This document shows positions 11,048 through 23,052 of a stretch of 64,000 nt of DNA, in pieces. The notes under the pieces were generated by a model that was not told the origin of the DNA, did no database searches, and worked only from the letters and a program-made list of their open reading frames with translations. The position numbers and the translations under genes are program-made. Source of the stretch: Lepidodermella squamata. Its lineage: Eukaryota > Animalia > Gastrotricha. The DNA lies in NCBI GenBank assembly GCA_047495785.1, contig JBLDXI010000028.1:930001-994000 (forward strand), read 5' to 3'. Position 1 is the first letter of the stretch. Each line of letters begins with the position of its first letter.

Positions 11048-13494
11048 CTATTCGGAGACTTTGGCTTGTGGTTTCGTTGGCGTCACAGGCGGAGGGACGC
11101 CGAATTCTTGCAATTTTCGCTGATAGTATTGTTCGATTTCCGCAGCATTAACAGTTAGAGAGGCCGGATTTTTGGCGGCGAAAGCGTCCATCCAAGCATG
11201 GTTGAGGTGTGTTCGTCCTATCGAGCTAGTTCGACCTCGGAACGACTGATCTTTCGGCGCTTCTTCGCCGTTTTCAGCAGGTTCAGCAACATCTAAGTAA
11301 TAAAGCGAAATGATATAAGGAACTCAAAGTCTGGCGTTGATTATTACCGATTTTCAGATCTTCGGGATTAACAATTTTCAACGTTTTGCTTCGCCATTTT
11401 CCATCACCAGTTAGATCTTTCTGAATATTGGCCAAGTGTTTTCCGACCGGTGAGCGATCATCGTAGTACGGATCAGTAATTAGCATGTGGGTTCCAGGCT
11501 CTTTCAGATGACCGAGGTTCCGTTTCCTTGAAGAAATAAAGCGCGTGAAAAAAGCTTAAAAAAGATGGCCGACGACTTACTTCGAATCGCATTGAGCGTC
11601 ATGGCTTTGAAATTTCAACGGAGCAGGCTTGTATAGCTGAGCTGTAAGTTCATCCAGGGTTCTCCTAGCATCCCCGGATGAATCATCCTCCTCGTCCGAA
11701 TCGGATTCGAGTAACAGCTTCCGTCGTTGCTACAAATATTGCCACGTAAGGAAGTATCAAGAAACATCAGTTAAAACTTACGATGAAGTTGTACTCGATT
11801 TTCATCGCCTTGATTGCTTCCTGAGTCGCCGCGATGTCCTCAGAAGTCACCAATGGTGCGACTGTTGGACGCCGGTCCGAGTTTTCGTTTCGACGAGAGG
11901 CATTAAAAGCAGGCTTCTCTTCTACCGGATCTTGAATGCCTTTCAACCTCCGCTCTCGTTCTTTCATATAGGCTTGTAGAATTTCGTACATCTCTTTCGC
12001 ACTAGCCGTGTTCAAATTCGGAATATTTATAGCCGATTCACTTCTTCTAGAGTCGCGACCACTTTCTGTATGAGCTTTAGAGAGAACAGTATGAGCTGAA
12101 TTTTAGCTGAAAATGCCTGAGTTGATTGAATTACCTGAAACTTCAGAAGACGGTGGCTTTGGAGTTGTTTCTCGCATAAGCCATTCCTTTGAAATGTCTC
12201 TGGTGTGCTCAAAGCCGGCTTTTACAAACCTCCGCTCTTGATCCATCAGAGCGACTTCATTTTTCACAACAGCGCCGGTTTTCTTAGCCGTTTTGATCAA
12301 ATCCTTCGATATACCAGCATCTAGCTAAATAGATCACATAAATAGTGATGCAATAAGTAATCTAACAGTTTAATCAGTCTTACAAGCAAAGCGCTCGTCC
12401 ACTCGTCGAATCCTTCTGTGCTGTTGCCTCCTCGTCGTTTCTCGGCGATAGGCTGAGGTCCGATACGAACTTTCTTCGCAAGATGACTCCACTCGTCTGC
12501 AATGTATTTCTGGTCAAGCTCGTGTTGAATTCGCTCGGCTGCGGGAACCATGTAACTTGTCGGGTGATCAACGCTGTACAACCCCAGATTGTTGCGATCT
12601 TTTATCGGTGAGAGATTAGGTAACATCGGAAATTTATCCGGCAGAGCCCTAATTTATCAATAACAATCAACTACTTTAACGCATATCAGTCGCTTTACCA
12701 GAGCATCAGGTTAAGAAATTCGTGAAATTGAATGCTAGACTGCCTTGCATGAGTCTCCTTCGCATGCTTCAATCGATGCCGAAGTTTGGCAGGGGAGATG
12801 GTTTTACCGCAAAGCTAAGCATTTAATGTCATAATAAACATTTATTGTCACGATGGTTTAGACATCAAACCTTGAAAGTTGAAAGTAGAGTTTCAATATT
12901 CGCTGGTAGTCCACTCATGTTCGCATGTTCGTGAGTCGCATACGCAAGTAAAATCGAATGCAGCTCTGCAAATCTAAAAGAAACTTCTTCATTAGACCCG
13001 AAAGCACGCCTCAATTGCAAATGAATTACGTTACTAATCGGCCTTCGATGAAATCAATAGATCTTAGAAGGGCTGGAACATTGAAATCTGCACTGTGGTT
13101 GTTAAATGTACAATCGGTGATCCGGTAGAACGAGCCTTGAAGCACAAGCGACCGTAATTTCTGAAAGTTGGCATAATGTAAGAATAAAACTACAAAAATA
13201 GCTAGCAGCTTCCGTACCGGAGTCGTAATTCGACCTTCCTCCATCGACGAGGCCACATAGTTGACGAGCAAATCTTCCGGAAACTGTTATCAAACGACTT
13301 AGTAAATAACATTATCGAAGTACTAATGCGATGCTCTCACCCTCAGTGCTTTGCATAACAGTCTAAATGGAGAAATTTTAGCGGCCGGCATGCGTATTAG
13401 GATATGGATCTCACCTTAGCTCTCCGTCTTCCCACAAACCCACTTGCCTGTTGACTTCCAAATAAAAGTTAGGGTTGGAGACGATGCTGGCCAT
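11048..13494 (-). CDS. Uncharacterised multi-exon protein (about 11 exons), possibly with degenerate EF-hand-like helices in the N-terminal part
   Basis: Frame-consistent splicing gives MASIVSNPNFYLEVNRQVGLWEDGELR|LLCKALR|FPEDLL...GRLVT|FAELHSILLAY...STFK|LCGKTISPAKLRHRLKH...IQFHEFLNLMLW|...PQAKVSE*. Introns are ~50-60 nt GT-AG; stop TAG 11048-50. Confidence 0.7.
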
Positions 13495-14464
13495 AATCTC
13501 CACCCAACAAAGAAAGAAATTTAGCAAGGAAACCTAGATTCGATAAAGCACGAAAAGCTGAATTAACGCTAAGCTTAAGGCTTAATCGAGGATCGAAGTA
13601 ATACGATCTAATTCCGGAGGCATCAAACAGTAACACTCTTCGTTAAAGCGTCAGCTGAATTCGCGAGGATTGCAGAATTTACCGCCGTTGCTACACGTTG
13701 CTATGCGCTACATTTGGTTAAATTCGATAATAATATACAGTTTTAATGGTAATTAGAAGAATGAAAAAATAAATGAGCATATTTTTGCGGAGGTATTTTC
13801 TCCCCTGACTGATGGGGAGCAACGTGCAACGTTGGGTGTTGTTCTCCATCCTCCAGTGTCCAGTCTTCTGCGATAGGAGCCAGCATTTTGTCCGGCGACA
13901 GAAGCAGAAGGAAAGAGCATTATTATCTTGCACTTAATTCAACGCACTACTCCTCGCTCAAGGCTTAACAATACATGCGGAGTCGTTTGTCAGCCCTCTT
14001 TTGTGACCTAAACCGCGGCGATTTCCGTCAAATTCGCCTGAATTTGAGTTATAAATTTCAATCCAACTGCCATGAAACTCAGAGGAGAATTGCTTCGAAC
14101 GGCGAATAATCTTTTGATGGTAGCTTCGTCGAATAATAACGGTGATTCCTCGGCTGTATCAATGATTAAATTATAGTGATAATGACCCCTTTATTAGCTG
14201 CCCATTAGGATTCAAGGTGCAGTTTTATATTTTGACGGAAGATCAGGACGAAAAATACCTATGTATCATCCACCCACTCGTTTCGTTGCATATGTTTTTG
14301 TTTTTTGGACATGACACACCAAATGATGGGCTGTTTTAACGGTACGCCTTGTCAGAACGGTCAAGCGCTTTTTTAGAGAAGATCATTATGCTTTTTCCTC
14401 GAAAATCAGAGAGATTTAATCATAAAAAATGTACGAAAGATGCTGGACTTAATCTTCAGGCTTC

Positions 14465-15872
14465 TTACACCTGCATCAGGAAGTTAATAATGTAGGAAAC
14501 TTTATCAGCGAGGAGATCAAAGTGATTTATCCGAATGACCTGAAACTGCGCGCTTTCAATGCGGCGCATTTGACTTTTTCCAACTGCTTCACCAACGATA
14601 ACGAACAAGATGCGACGAGATATTGACTTGGCATAGGCTAGCTGGTCATCAAACTCTTGGATATTTGCTGACAACCCGGTCGTGAATATAACAACAGCGG
14701 CTGGATTCACTGCTCTGTAACCATCTGTGAGGGGAGAAAGGAGCGACCTGACATTTTTTATACATTTTGAATTGATTGAACTCACCTCGTGAGCTGAATA
14801 GGTTGGGGCTATTTGATCGGACCAAGCTGTTGCTCAAGTTTCCATCGCCTCCAAAATATATTAAAGAATCAACCATTTCATCGATTTCATTAACTGCCAT
14901 CTCAGAACTTCTTTGCAGTGTTAAAAATTTGAAGCCAGAGGTTCGACCACCATAAACGACTAATCCAAGCTGCAAAATTGACGGAAGCCCAATTATTTTC
15001 AACAAGAATTCTACGTAGTACTAACTTGTACGGTGGGGAAAGTCAAATGCTGACGTAACAGCTTTACACAATTTTTCAGCTTCTCAAACTGAGCGAGCGG
15101 CAGATTGATTGAGGAGTCGATGAAGATATAAATATCAAGCTCGCGATTGAGACCTGTTAACACATACATTTTTTGATAATAATTCAATGATAGAAACGTT
15201 AATACTCTCTATCTGGCAAAGCACATTGCATCCGTCTCCATCCAAGAAATTTCCATCATCGCACGATTCACCGAGTTCGGGCTGAACTATCGCATCACTG
15301 CAGTAGCCAGGATTAGGACTTGATTGGAAAGTCGTGGTAAATTCTGTTGTTGTTGTTTCGACTGCCGAAATAGATGTAGACTCAGCAGTGGTAGATTCTT
15401 CTGTGATGGCTGAGGTCGGCGAAGGAGTCGATATGGTTGAGGTCTCTGCCGTTTGGCTCGCTGTTTCCGTTGTTAAGGTTGACTCAGTGGTCGTAGATAT
15501 CGGCAAACTTTCCGTAGATGACGATTCACTTGTCGCGGAATCAGCTGTCGTTATTATTGTCGTCGAAGGAGTTAAACCGGTTAAGGGCTCTGTCGTTTGA
15601 CTGGTTGTTTCCGTTGTTGAGGTTGACTCAGTGGTCGTAAATATCGGTAAGCTTTCCGTAGACTCAGTTGTCGCTAAATCTGTTGTTGCTGAAGGAGTTG
15701 ATGTGGTTGAAGGCTCTGTAGCTTGGGTGGTTGTTTCAGTTATCGATGTCGTCGATGGGCTTTCCGTGGATGTTGATCCCGTTGTTGAAGTTGATTCAGT
15801 TGAAGATGTTGTCGATGGGCTCTCCGTGGATGTTGATTCCGTTGCCGCTAAAGTTGTCGCGATTACAGTTGC

Positions 15873-15912
<40 letters not shown>

Positions 15913-17363
15913 GCTGTAGTGGTAGTCGTGGGTGTCGCAGTTGTAGACGTAGACGTAGACGTAGACCCGGCTGTTGATGTTGATGATGTTGAAGTTGTGG
16001 AAGTTGAACGTGTTGTAGTTATTCGGCTATCGACGGCATCTTTCTGGCAAATGACATAAGTTGTGCCTACGACAAGGCTTGCGGCGTGAGCTGGCCTCGA
16101 AACCCAAGCTGATTTATTGGAGAATCCGTCATAAATGCCTGCAATGGCTCCAGAGTTTTGATCATCGGCAATAATGTGAAAGGCCGTGTCCGCGACAGAA
16201 CCTGGAACGCCTTGTGCCACATCGATGGCGTCATCGATTGAAACCTCGAGTTGCGTGTCCATCCATATCCAAGGGTCTTAAAAATTTGAACTCATAACGC
16301 TACTTAGCTCACAATTCATTTGCTACCTGACACTCCATTCTTGCTCAATCCCAGCCAAAACGAGTCATCGGTCTGCATATTCGCCTTCAATCTAGCGTAA
16401 ATCAGCAGTGACTCAGTTCTTGGGGCCCAGACGGTAGCATCTAGCGAGGTGCAGTAGGAAACCGCGCTATTTAATGCGGGTACATCATTAGGAGAGGAAA
16501 AGCAATAATCGTTGAACTTGTCCCACGATGCTGGGCAAGTTGAACATGCGTAAGAAATTTCACAGATGTACGCCCTCGATACCGAAAAGTCTGCCGCAGT
16601 AGCGAAATACCATTGAGAAACATAGCGGGCATACACCAAGAAGTCAAACGCCTGAGGTGGCGGGTACCTGTTGTAATAGACAGCGAAAACCTTTAAGCTG
16701 AAACTCGGGTTAATTGGCGAGGGCTTACCAGGAAAGCCACGGATGTGAAGGATCAGTTGCTACTCCGCCATTTGTTATGAAAGTAGGTCCAAATGATATT
16801 CTCTCACCATCCATTGAGTAGAATACCCCATTGCAATCTTTGTCATAGCTGTTAGCAATATTCCATGTACCACTGGTGGTGCCGGCCCCACGCCTTGCCC
16901 AGTCTTGTATTCCCACCCAGTAGGCTTTCGTCTGATTTGCCAAAGACATAACGTATGTGAATTCATCGGATGTTTGTGGCACAACGAGATGCGCCCCGTC
17001 GTAAGAGCAGCTGTACATTGCTGTGAAATAGTCCACATTATAGCTATGGCAAATAGGAGTTGTAGGAATAGAATCAAGTCAAGGAATATTTTAAATACTT
17101 GACGACTTTGTAGCAGCTGTCGAAGCACGCATTGTAGGTGTAGCCAATCGGACATGTAGCTAAACAAATTAATGACCATTCTAGTTTTGGCAGAATTCAT
17201 TTCGACAAAACCTACGAGTGGAAGGACAAGCAACTTCGCAGCCAGTAACACCAGTCTATTCGCGTTAAAAGAGAAAAATGTAAAGCTATTATTACGAATA
17301 TCAGAATTTTACTTTTTCAATCGACAGTACGACAAAGCTGATCTGAATGAGCGTTTTCAACAT
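14465..17363 (-). CDS. Secreted CTLD-CTLD / Thr-rich mucin / Cys-rich (DUF4215-type) repeat / vWA protein, paralog A (multi-exon)
   Basis: Putative signal MLKTLIQISFVVLS; CTLD1 CPIGY..CYK..C..DGAHLV..YWVGI..ICE; CTLD2 CPASWDKFNDYCF..FWLGL..VICQ; ~260-aa S/T tract; CSDAIVQPELGESCDDGNFLDGDGCNVLCQIE; vWA LDIYIFIDSS..LGLVVYG..VVIFTTG..ILFVIVG. Start codon is less certain. Confidence 0.8.
15874..15912 (+). repeat. (GTT)n trinucleotide microsatellite encoding poly-Thr in the mucin domain of paralog A
   Basis: About 13 perfect GTT units, read as ACA codons on the minus strand. Confidence 0.9.
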
Positions 17364-18122
17364 CTAACAGCTTAAAATTGAGGTACCTATGTAGAAGATT
17401 CCTGACCTTTCTATGATGAGTACCGCAAGCCTTTAATTGAATGCGGTGCTCGGTAAATTATAAATTAACTAATTAAAAGGTTGTTTTCGTTTGAAAATAA
17501 AATTAAAACCGGACTGGAAATGGTCTCTCGAGATTGGAAGGCGTAGGTTGGCTGATAGCAAATGCAGGCTGAAAGCTTCTGCTCGCGAGTTTAAGGGCCG
17601 TAAAACTTGGTTGATCTTTCGGATTTTCACGAGCCTGTTAGACAGAAAAACTTGCCAGGAAAGAAGCGAAAGAGCTGCCCACTCAGATAGGCACCGATTC
17701 CTGATTGAGCATTATTGGGCTATTCGAAAGCTCAAAAGACGGGGAACCCTTTGTTTAATCCTTTGCAAAGCTATTCACCTGCAGAGCCTAAGTGTGCAAA
17801 GTTACCATGTCCGAGATCACTCTGCGCTACGGCAACTGCAGTCTGGAACAAAAGATGGGTGAAGTGGGGAAGTACAATTTCAAATAAATGATGATTCCTA
17901 CCAATTTAGTGATGAATGCTCGGAACTTGATCTAGAGAACGACTATCGAATGGGACACACCAATTTAACGATCTGTGCATTTCCCAAGTGATGTGATGAT
18001 TAATTTCCGAATGCTTTTTATGGAAAATCGGCGATCGATTTATTGGCTAGACACCTCAAGTACAAAACAGCATTTAATCGCGATTTTATTAATCGATTTT
18101 GAAGCATGAAAGCCTGAAGTTC

Positions 18123-21100
18123 TCATGTAACATTGAGAAGATAGTTTACAATCAAATGCAAGCTTTCGTCAAGCCTCTCCCAATGCGGAATCGTCAAGGT
18201 GCTGAATCCGTATCGTTTGAAAAGCTGAATGTGTTTTGAAGAAACATTCACAGAGACAAGGAGTACACGGGCATTTTTAGATTTCATGTTATCAAAACTA
18301 TTGATCAGTGTTACATCAATGGTGGATTGAGCAGAAGTGAAGATAAGTACAACCGGGACCGCCGTAGATTGCCGGTAGCCATCTTGATAGGGAAAATATA
18401 ATTTTGACTCAGAACCATGTTAATATGCGATAAAAAATACCATTGGCAGAGAATAGACCAGGTACCCTTGACACGCTGTTTCGTAAATCACCTTGGTTGC
18501 CGAAGTAGATCAGCTCGTCGAATAAGTGAATATTAGAATTCAACGTTTGGCTCTGCGAAAGCCTAGCAAACCGATAGCCAGAAGACCTTCCCCCGGTCAC
18601 TAAGACTCCAGTCTTCGAAAAAACGCCGAACTTAATACACAAGGAGAAACTTGAACGATGAAAAGCTCACCTGAACGGTGCTAGAGGTAAGCAGTAGTGT
18701 AGTCAATGATTGTAGGACACGTCTGATGCTCAAGAATTGAGAAATAGGGACATCTAACGCTGAATCCAAACAATAGTAAATATCCAAGTTTCGGTTGACA
18801 GCTATAAGGACATCGTTTGAAGATGCATTCAAAATCGGATGAAAGTTACCTTCAAGTTGACAACTGGAATCACATCCGTCATTATTTGCTGAGTTACCGT
18901 CGTCGCATATCTCGCCGAGATCAGCCTGAAGGACGTCATCACCGCAAAAGCCAACGCTGTTGATAAAATTACCACTCGTGGCAGCTATTGTAGATGAAGC
19001 AAGGGGCTGTGTGGAATGTGAGCTCTGGTGGTTAGATGTGCTTTGATAGGTACTTAAAATTGCTGTCGAGCCAACAGTTGTAGCTGCGGTCGGCGTATTT
19101 GAGCTCAGCCCTGTGGATCCTGTTGGAACAACTGAAGAGCTCTGGTAATCAGTTGTGCTTTGAGTTGGGCTTTGAGTTGAGCTTTGTAAGCTTGAACCTA
19201 TGCCCGTCGACGTCGAGGACTCTGGTGAAACATCTTGGAGCGTCGAAGCCGTCGTCATGACGGCAGACACCGAGGCAACAGAGGTTTCCGTGATCTGGTT
19301 TGAGGTCGTCGAAGTGAAGCTAGTTTCTAACAAACAATTCGAGTCGCAGCCATCCCCATTGACCACACCACCATCATCGCACTGTTCACCAAGTTGCGTC
19401 TGTACGATGCCATCACCGCAATGCCCGAGGCTACCACCAGTGGCAGCTGCTGTAGATGAATCAGGGGACTGAGTGGATGAGTTAGGATAGTCAGTTGTGC
19501 TTAGAGTTGTGCTTGAAAACTCTGTCGAGCCGACAGCTGAACTCATGCCCGTCAACGAAGTGGATTCCGTTGAAATATCTGAGGATGTCGCAGTTGGATC
19601 CATGGAGGTCGCAATGACCATTGTTGTTGAGTCTGCTAATTGAGAGGACGATGAGCTTGAGGAATCCGCTGTGCTCGGCGATTGTGTCGAACTGATGCTG
19701 GTAGATGTCGTGGAGGTGAAGTCGACTGTGGAGCTAACAGTTTCAGTTATTGGCGTATTTGAACTCGTCTCCGTCAGCGAAGTGGATTCTGTTGGAATAT
19801 CTGAAGATGTAGTAGCGGGGTCATTCGTGGTTGTTGAGTCCGTGAGTTGAGAGGACACTGAATAACTTGAGGACTCTGCTGTGTTCGGTGGTTGTGTCGA
19901 ACTAATGGCTGAAGATGTCGTGGAGCTCAGATCGAGTGTGGAGCTGACAGTTGTAGTTACTGGCGAATTCGTGTCTGACATCGTAGTGGATTCTGTTGGA
20001 ATATCTGAGGATGTCGTAGCGGGTTCTACCGTGGTTGTAATGACCATTGTTGTTGAATCTGCTAATGGAGAGGACGAAGTGCTTGGGGAATCCGATGTGC
20101 TCGATGATTGTGTCGAACTTATGATTGTAGATGTCGTGGAGCTAACAGTTTCAGTTATTGGTGTATCGGAACTCATGATAGTTGATTCTGTTGAAACATC
20201 TGACGATGTCGTGGCGGGAGATGTCGAGGATGGTGTTGTAGTGATCGTAGTTGTTGAGTCAGGTAATTGAGATGTGCTCGGAGAAGTCGCTGCTGTGCTG
20301 GGTGATGATGTCGAACTAATGGCTGTAGACGTCGTGGAGCTCGGGCTGGTCGATCCAGTGGTAACTGATGTTGTAGATGACGAAACAGAAGCTGTGGTTG
20401 AAGTTGGAGTTGAAGTAGTAGTAACCGTAGTAGATTTAGTTGTAGTAGTAGTTGTAGTAGATGTCGAAGTTGTTAAGAAGTTTTCTGTCGCGGTGGTTTG
20501 ATACATGGCAGATCCAGCCCATGCGGAACCGCCTGATGACGAAGAAGAGGCGACCCAACCGGAAGAGTTTGAAAAGCCATCTGTCAGCTGACTGATGGTC
20601 ACTCCGCTCGGGTCTGGCATTATGCGAAATGCTACGTCAAGAGTTGACCCTGGCACGTTAGGAGCAACATCCAAAGCGTCATTCACGGAGACAGGGAGAC
20701 CTGTATCTGCCCAAAGCCATTTACCTAAAATTTAACGTTGTTTTTGAGTGATTCCTAGCAACATACAACCTACCCGTTACTCCTGTTCTGTCTAGACCAA
20801 TCCAAATAGGTAAACCCGAGGCAGTAGCTCTCATCCTTGCGAAAATGAGTAACGATTCTGTCTTTGGGGTCCAAAGATTGTTCGCAGAGTTGCCTTTTGC
20901 GCCATAAATGTCCACACTACTGCTGGCGAATAAAAAGCAGTAGTTGAGGAATTTAACCCAACTTGAAGTTGGACAGCTTGCACAAGCTTTTGAGTACTCG
21001 CAGATTGAAGACTTCTTGACAGCGAAATCTCGCCCTGGAACGAGCTGCCACGACAGCGCCAAAGTGATGTACTCAATGTGAGACAAGAAGTCGGAGCCTG

Positions 21101-21767
21101 TCGTCGGCTGAGTATCCCATACTAGCCACGACGCAGCTGAGTCGGCGACTCCTACCGATAGCACGCCTGAGTATACTGTGGAATAGCTCGGCCCTATGCT
21201 AATAGCTTCACCGTCCATAGATTTCCAAACCCCATCGGGATCTTTGACATAGGCAGAGGAGACATTCCACGCACCGAGATTAGTGCCGGCTCCTCTGCGT
21301 GCCCAATCTTGGATTCCAGTCCAGTAGGCATTGTTGCTCTGTACCCCAGGAAGTGACATTACGTAATTGAGCTCGCTCTGGCTGTTTGGCACGAATAGAT
21401 GAGCGCCATTCGAAATGCAGTTTGCCAAGGCCGCTAAATAGCTGAGTTGTGGGCTGTTATGATAGGTATAACCCACAAAGTATAATAAAAACAATTGAAG
21501 ACTCACTTCTGAACCTTGTAACAGCTGTTGTAGCAAGAGCTATATGTGTACCCGGATGGACAATCTATTGTTAATGTTGTTTATTATTGGTTGAAAAAGA
21601 GGGAAATCCTTACTGTAACTGAGGCATGTTTGTGTGATGCATTGGCCAGTGCTTCGACCCTTACATAAAATTTTCCAAGGTAAAAGTCCGTCGCGAAATT
21701 CAACTTCTTAACTTACCACGAAATAGCCCGAAGTAAGTAAGAGAAACCACAAATAGTCCAAACTCAT
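18123..21767 (-). CDS. Secreted CTLD-CTLD / Ser-Thr mucin / 2x Cys-rich (DUF4215-type) repeat / vWA protein, paralog B (multi-exon)
   Basis: Signal MSLDYLWFLLLTSGYFV; shares QDWARRGAGT, SMDGE and TESLLI with paralog A; two CGD..GE.CDDG....DGCDS.C.LE repeats; vWA LDIYYCLDSA..GVLVTGG..VLIFTS; stop TGA 18123-25. Confidence 0.82.
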
Positions 21768-23052
21768 TATGTGTAGTGCCGTCCTAGATAGAAGTACATG
21801 TCTGATTTCTGAAAACCACGCCACGCTTGGCACTCGCTAAATCAATCAAGGTAAATACCCTTTAAATAATTGATGACCAATTTACACTGATTTTTCAACC
21901 AATTATAATAATTCCTGATTAATTACTGCTGAAAACGTCCATGTTACCCGGAACAATGATCGATTTTCAAGCTATTTTGTATTCGATCTTGTCCATACAA
22001 GTTCGATTTACGACACTCTAATAAGTCGATCAATACCACGTCGGCGTTGTTTTTTCACCTTTGACCGCGTCACGGCAGAAATTTACCAAAACACGCCTCC
22101 AAGTGCGCGTTAGGAAAGCATGTGACCACGAAAAAAACCGAAAAAAACAATAACGGAACTGTGACAAGTTGATGCTTTTTTATTTATTTCCAGCGAGCTA
22201 AAATGACAAGGCAATGAAACTAAGAATGCGCAAAAAACACAACGCGCCTTCTCATCATTTTTCCATCTTCAAACTACCGACACGAAAATGTGTAGACTTC
22301 TTGAGAATAGCAATAATAATAATTGGAAATAATAATAATAATAATATTAGTTAATATTATAACAATGATAAAAACGGACCATGGGCGGCGGAAGCTTCGA
22401 TTTCACATTATATCACGCCTCCGGCTATTTACATGCACATATTTTTCTCAAATTATCATCTCAATTCATTTTGCAGAGAATAATCATAAGAAAACCTGGT
22501 AAAAACAATATAGAACAAATGTGTGAAGCTGTGAGTAGCAGTTTTCGATTGTTATTTTCCGATCATATTTTTCCCCCAACTTCTTTTCAAAGAGACCAAT
22601 ATCGAAGCGGTTCACGGATAAATTTTTCTGTGTCAGACCGGTGCAATTTTTCTGCTCATAAATTTTGTCCGTATAATACTAGAAGCGGCGTTGCGGCGCT
22701 GGCGCTCACAAACGTAACAAATAGAAAAATAACTGCCACCTTAAGAAAAATAAGAGCGAAGAAGCAGAAATAAGCTGAAATGATATATACGTGTTTTGGC
22801 GAGTTTCAACAGACGACAGCTACGTTTTTTGATCATTTTTTTTAGTATTAGAGAGAGAGTGAAGAGAGAAAACGAGCACAACCAGATTTTGGCGACTTTC
22901 AGTGAACTGGACAATTTTAAAAGAAAACAGCCTATCGTCAATCAATCCTAAAGGATCGTATCTATCGACTAACAGAAAATTGCACGAAATAAGAGAGGTT
23001 TTTCAATTCGTTGGAAGAAATGATTGATATTTTTTGCTGCCTAAAGCTATTC

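Noticed and set aside
15334-20501. Val/Asp-rich plus-strand ORFs (15334-16059, 19200-20501)
   Set aside because: They are antisense shadows of the Thr/Ser mucin codons on the minus strand.
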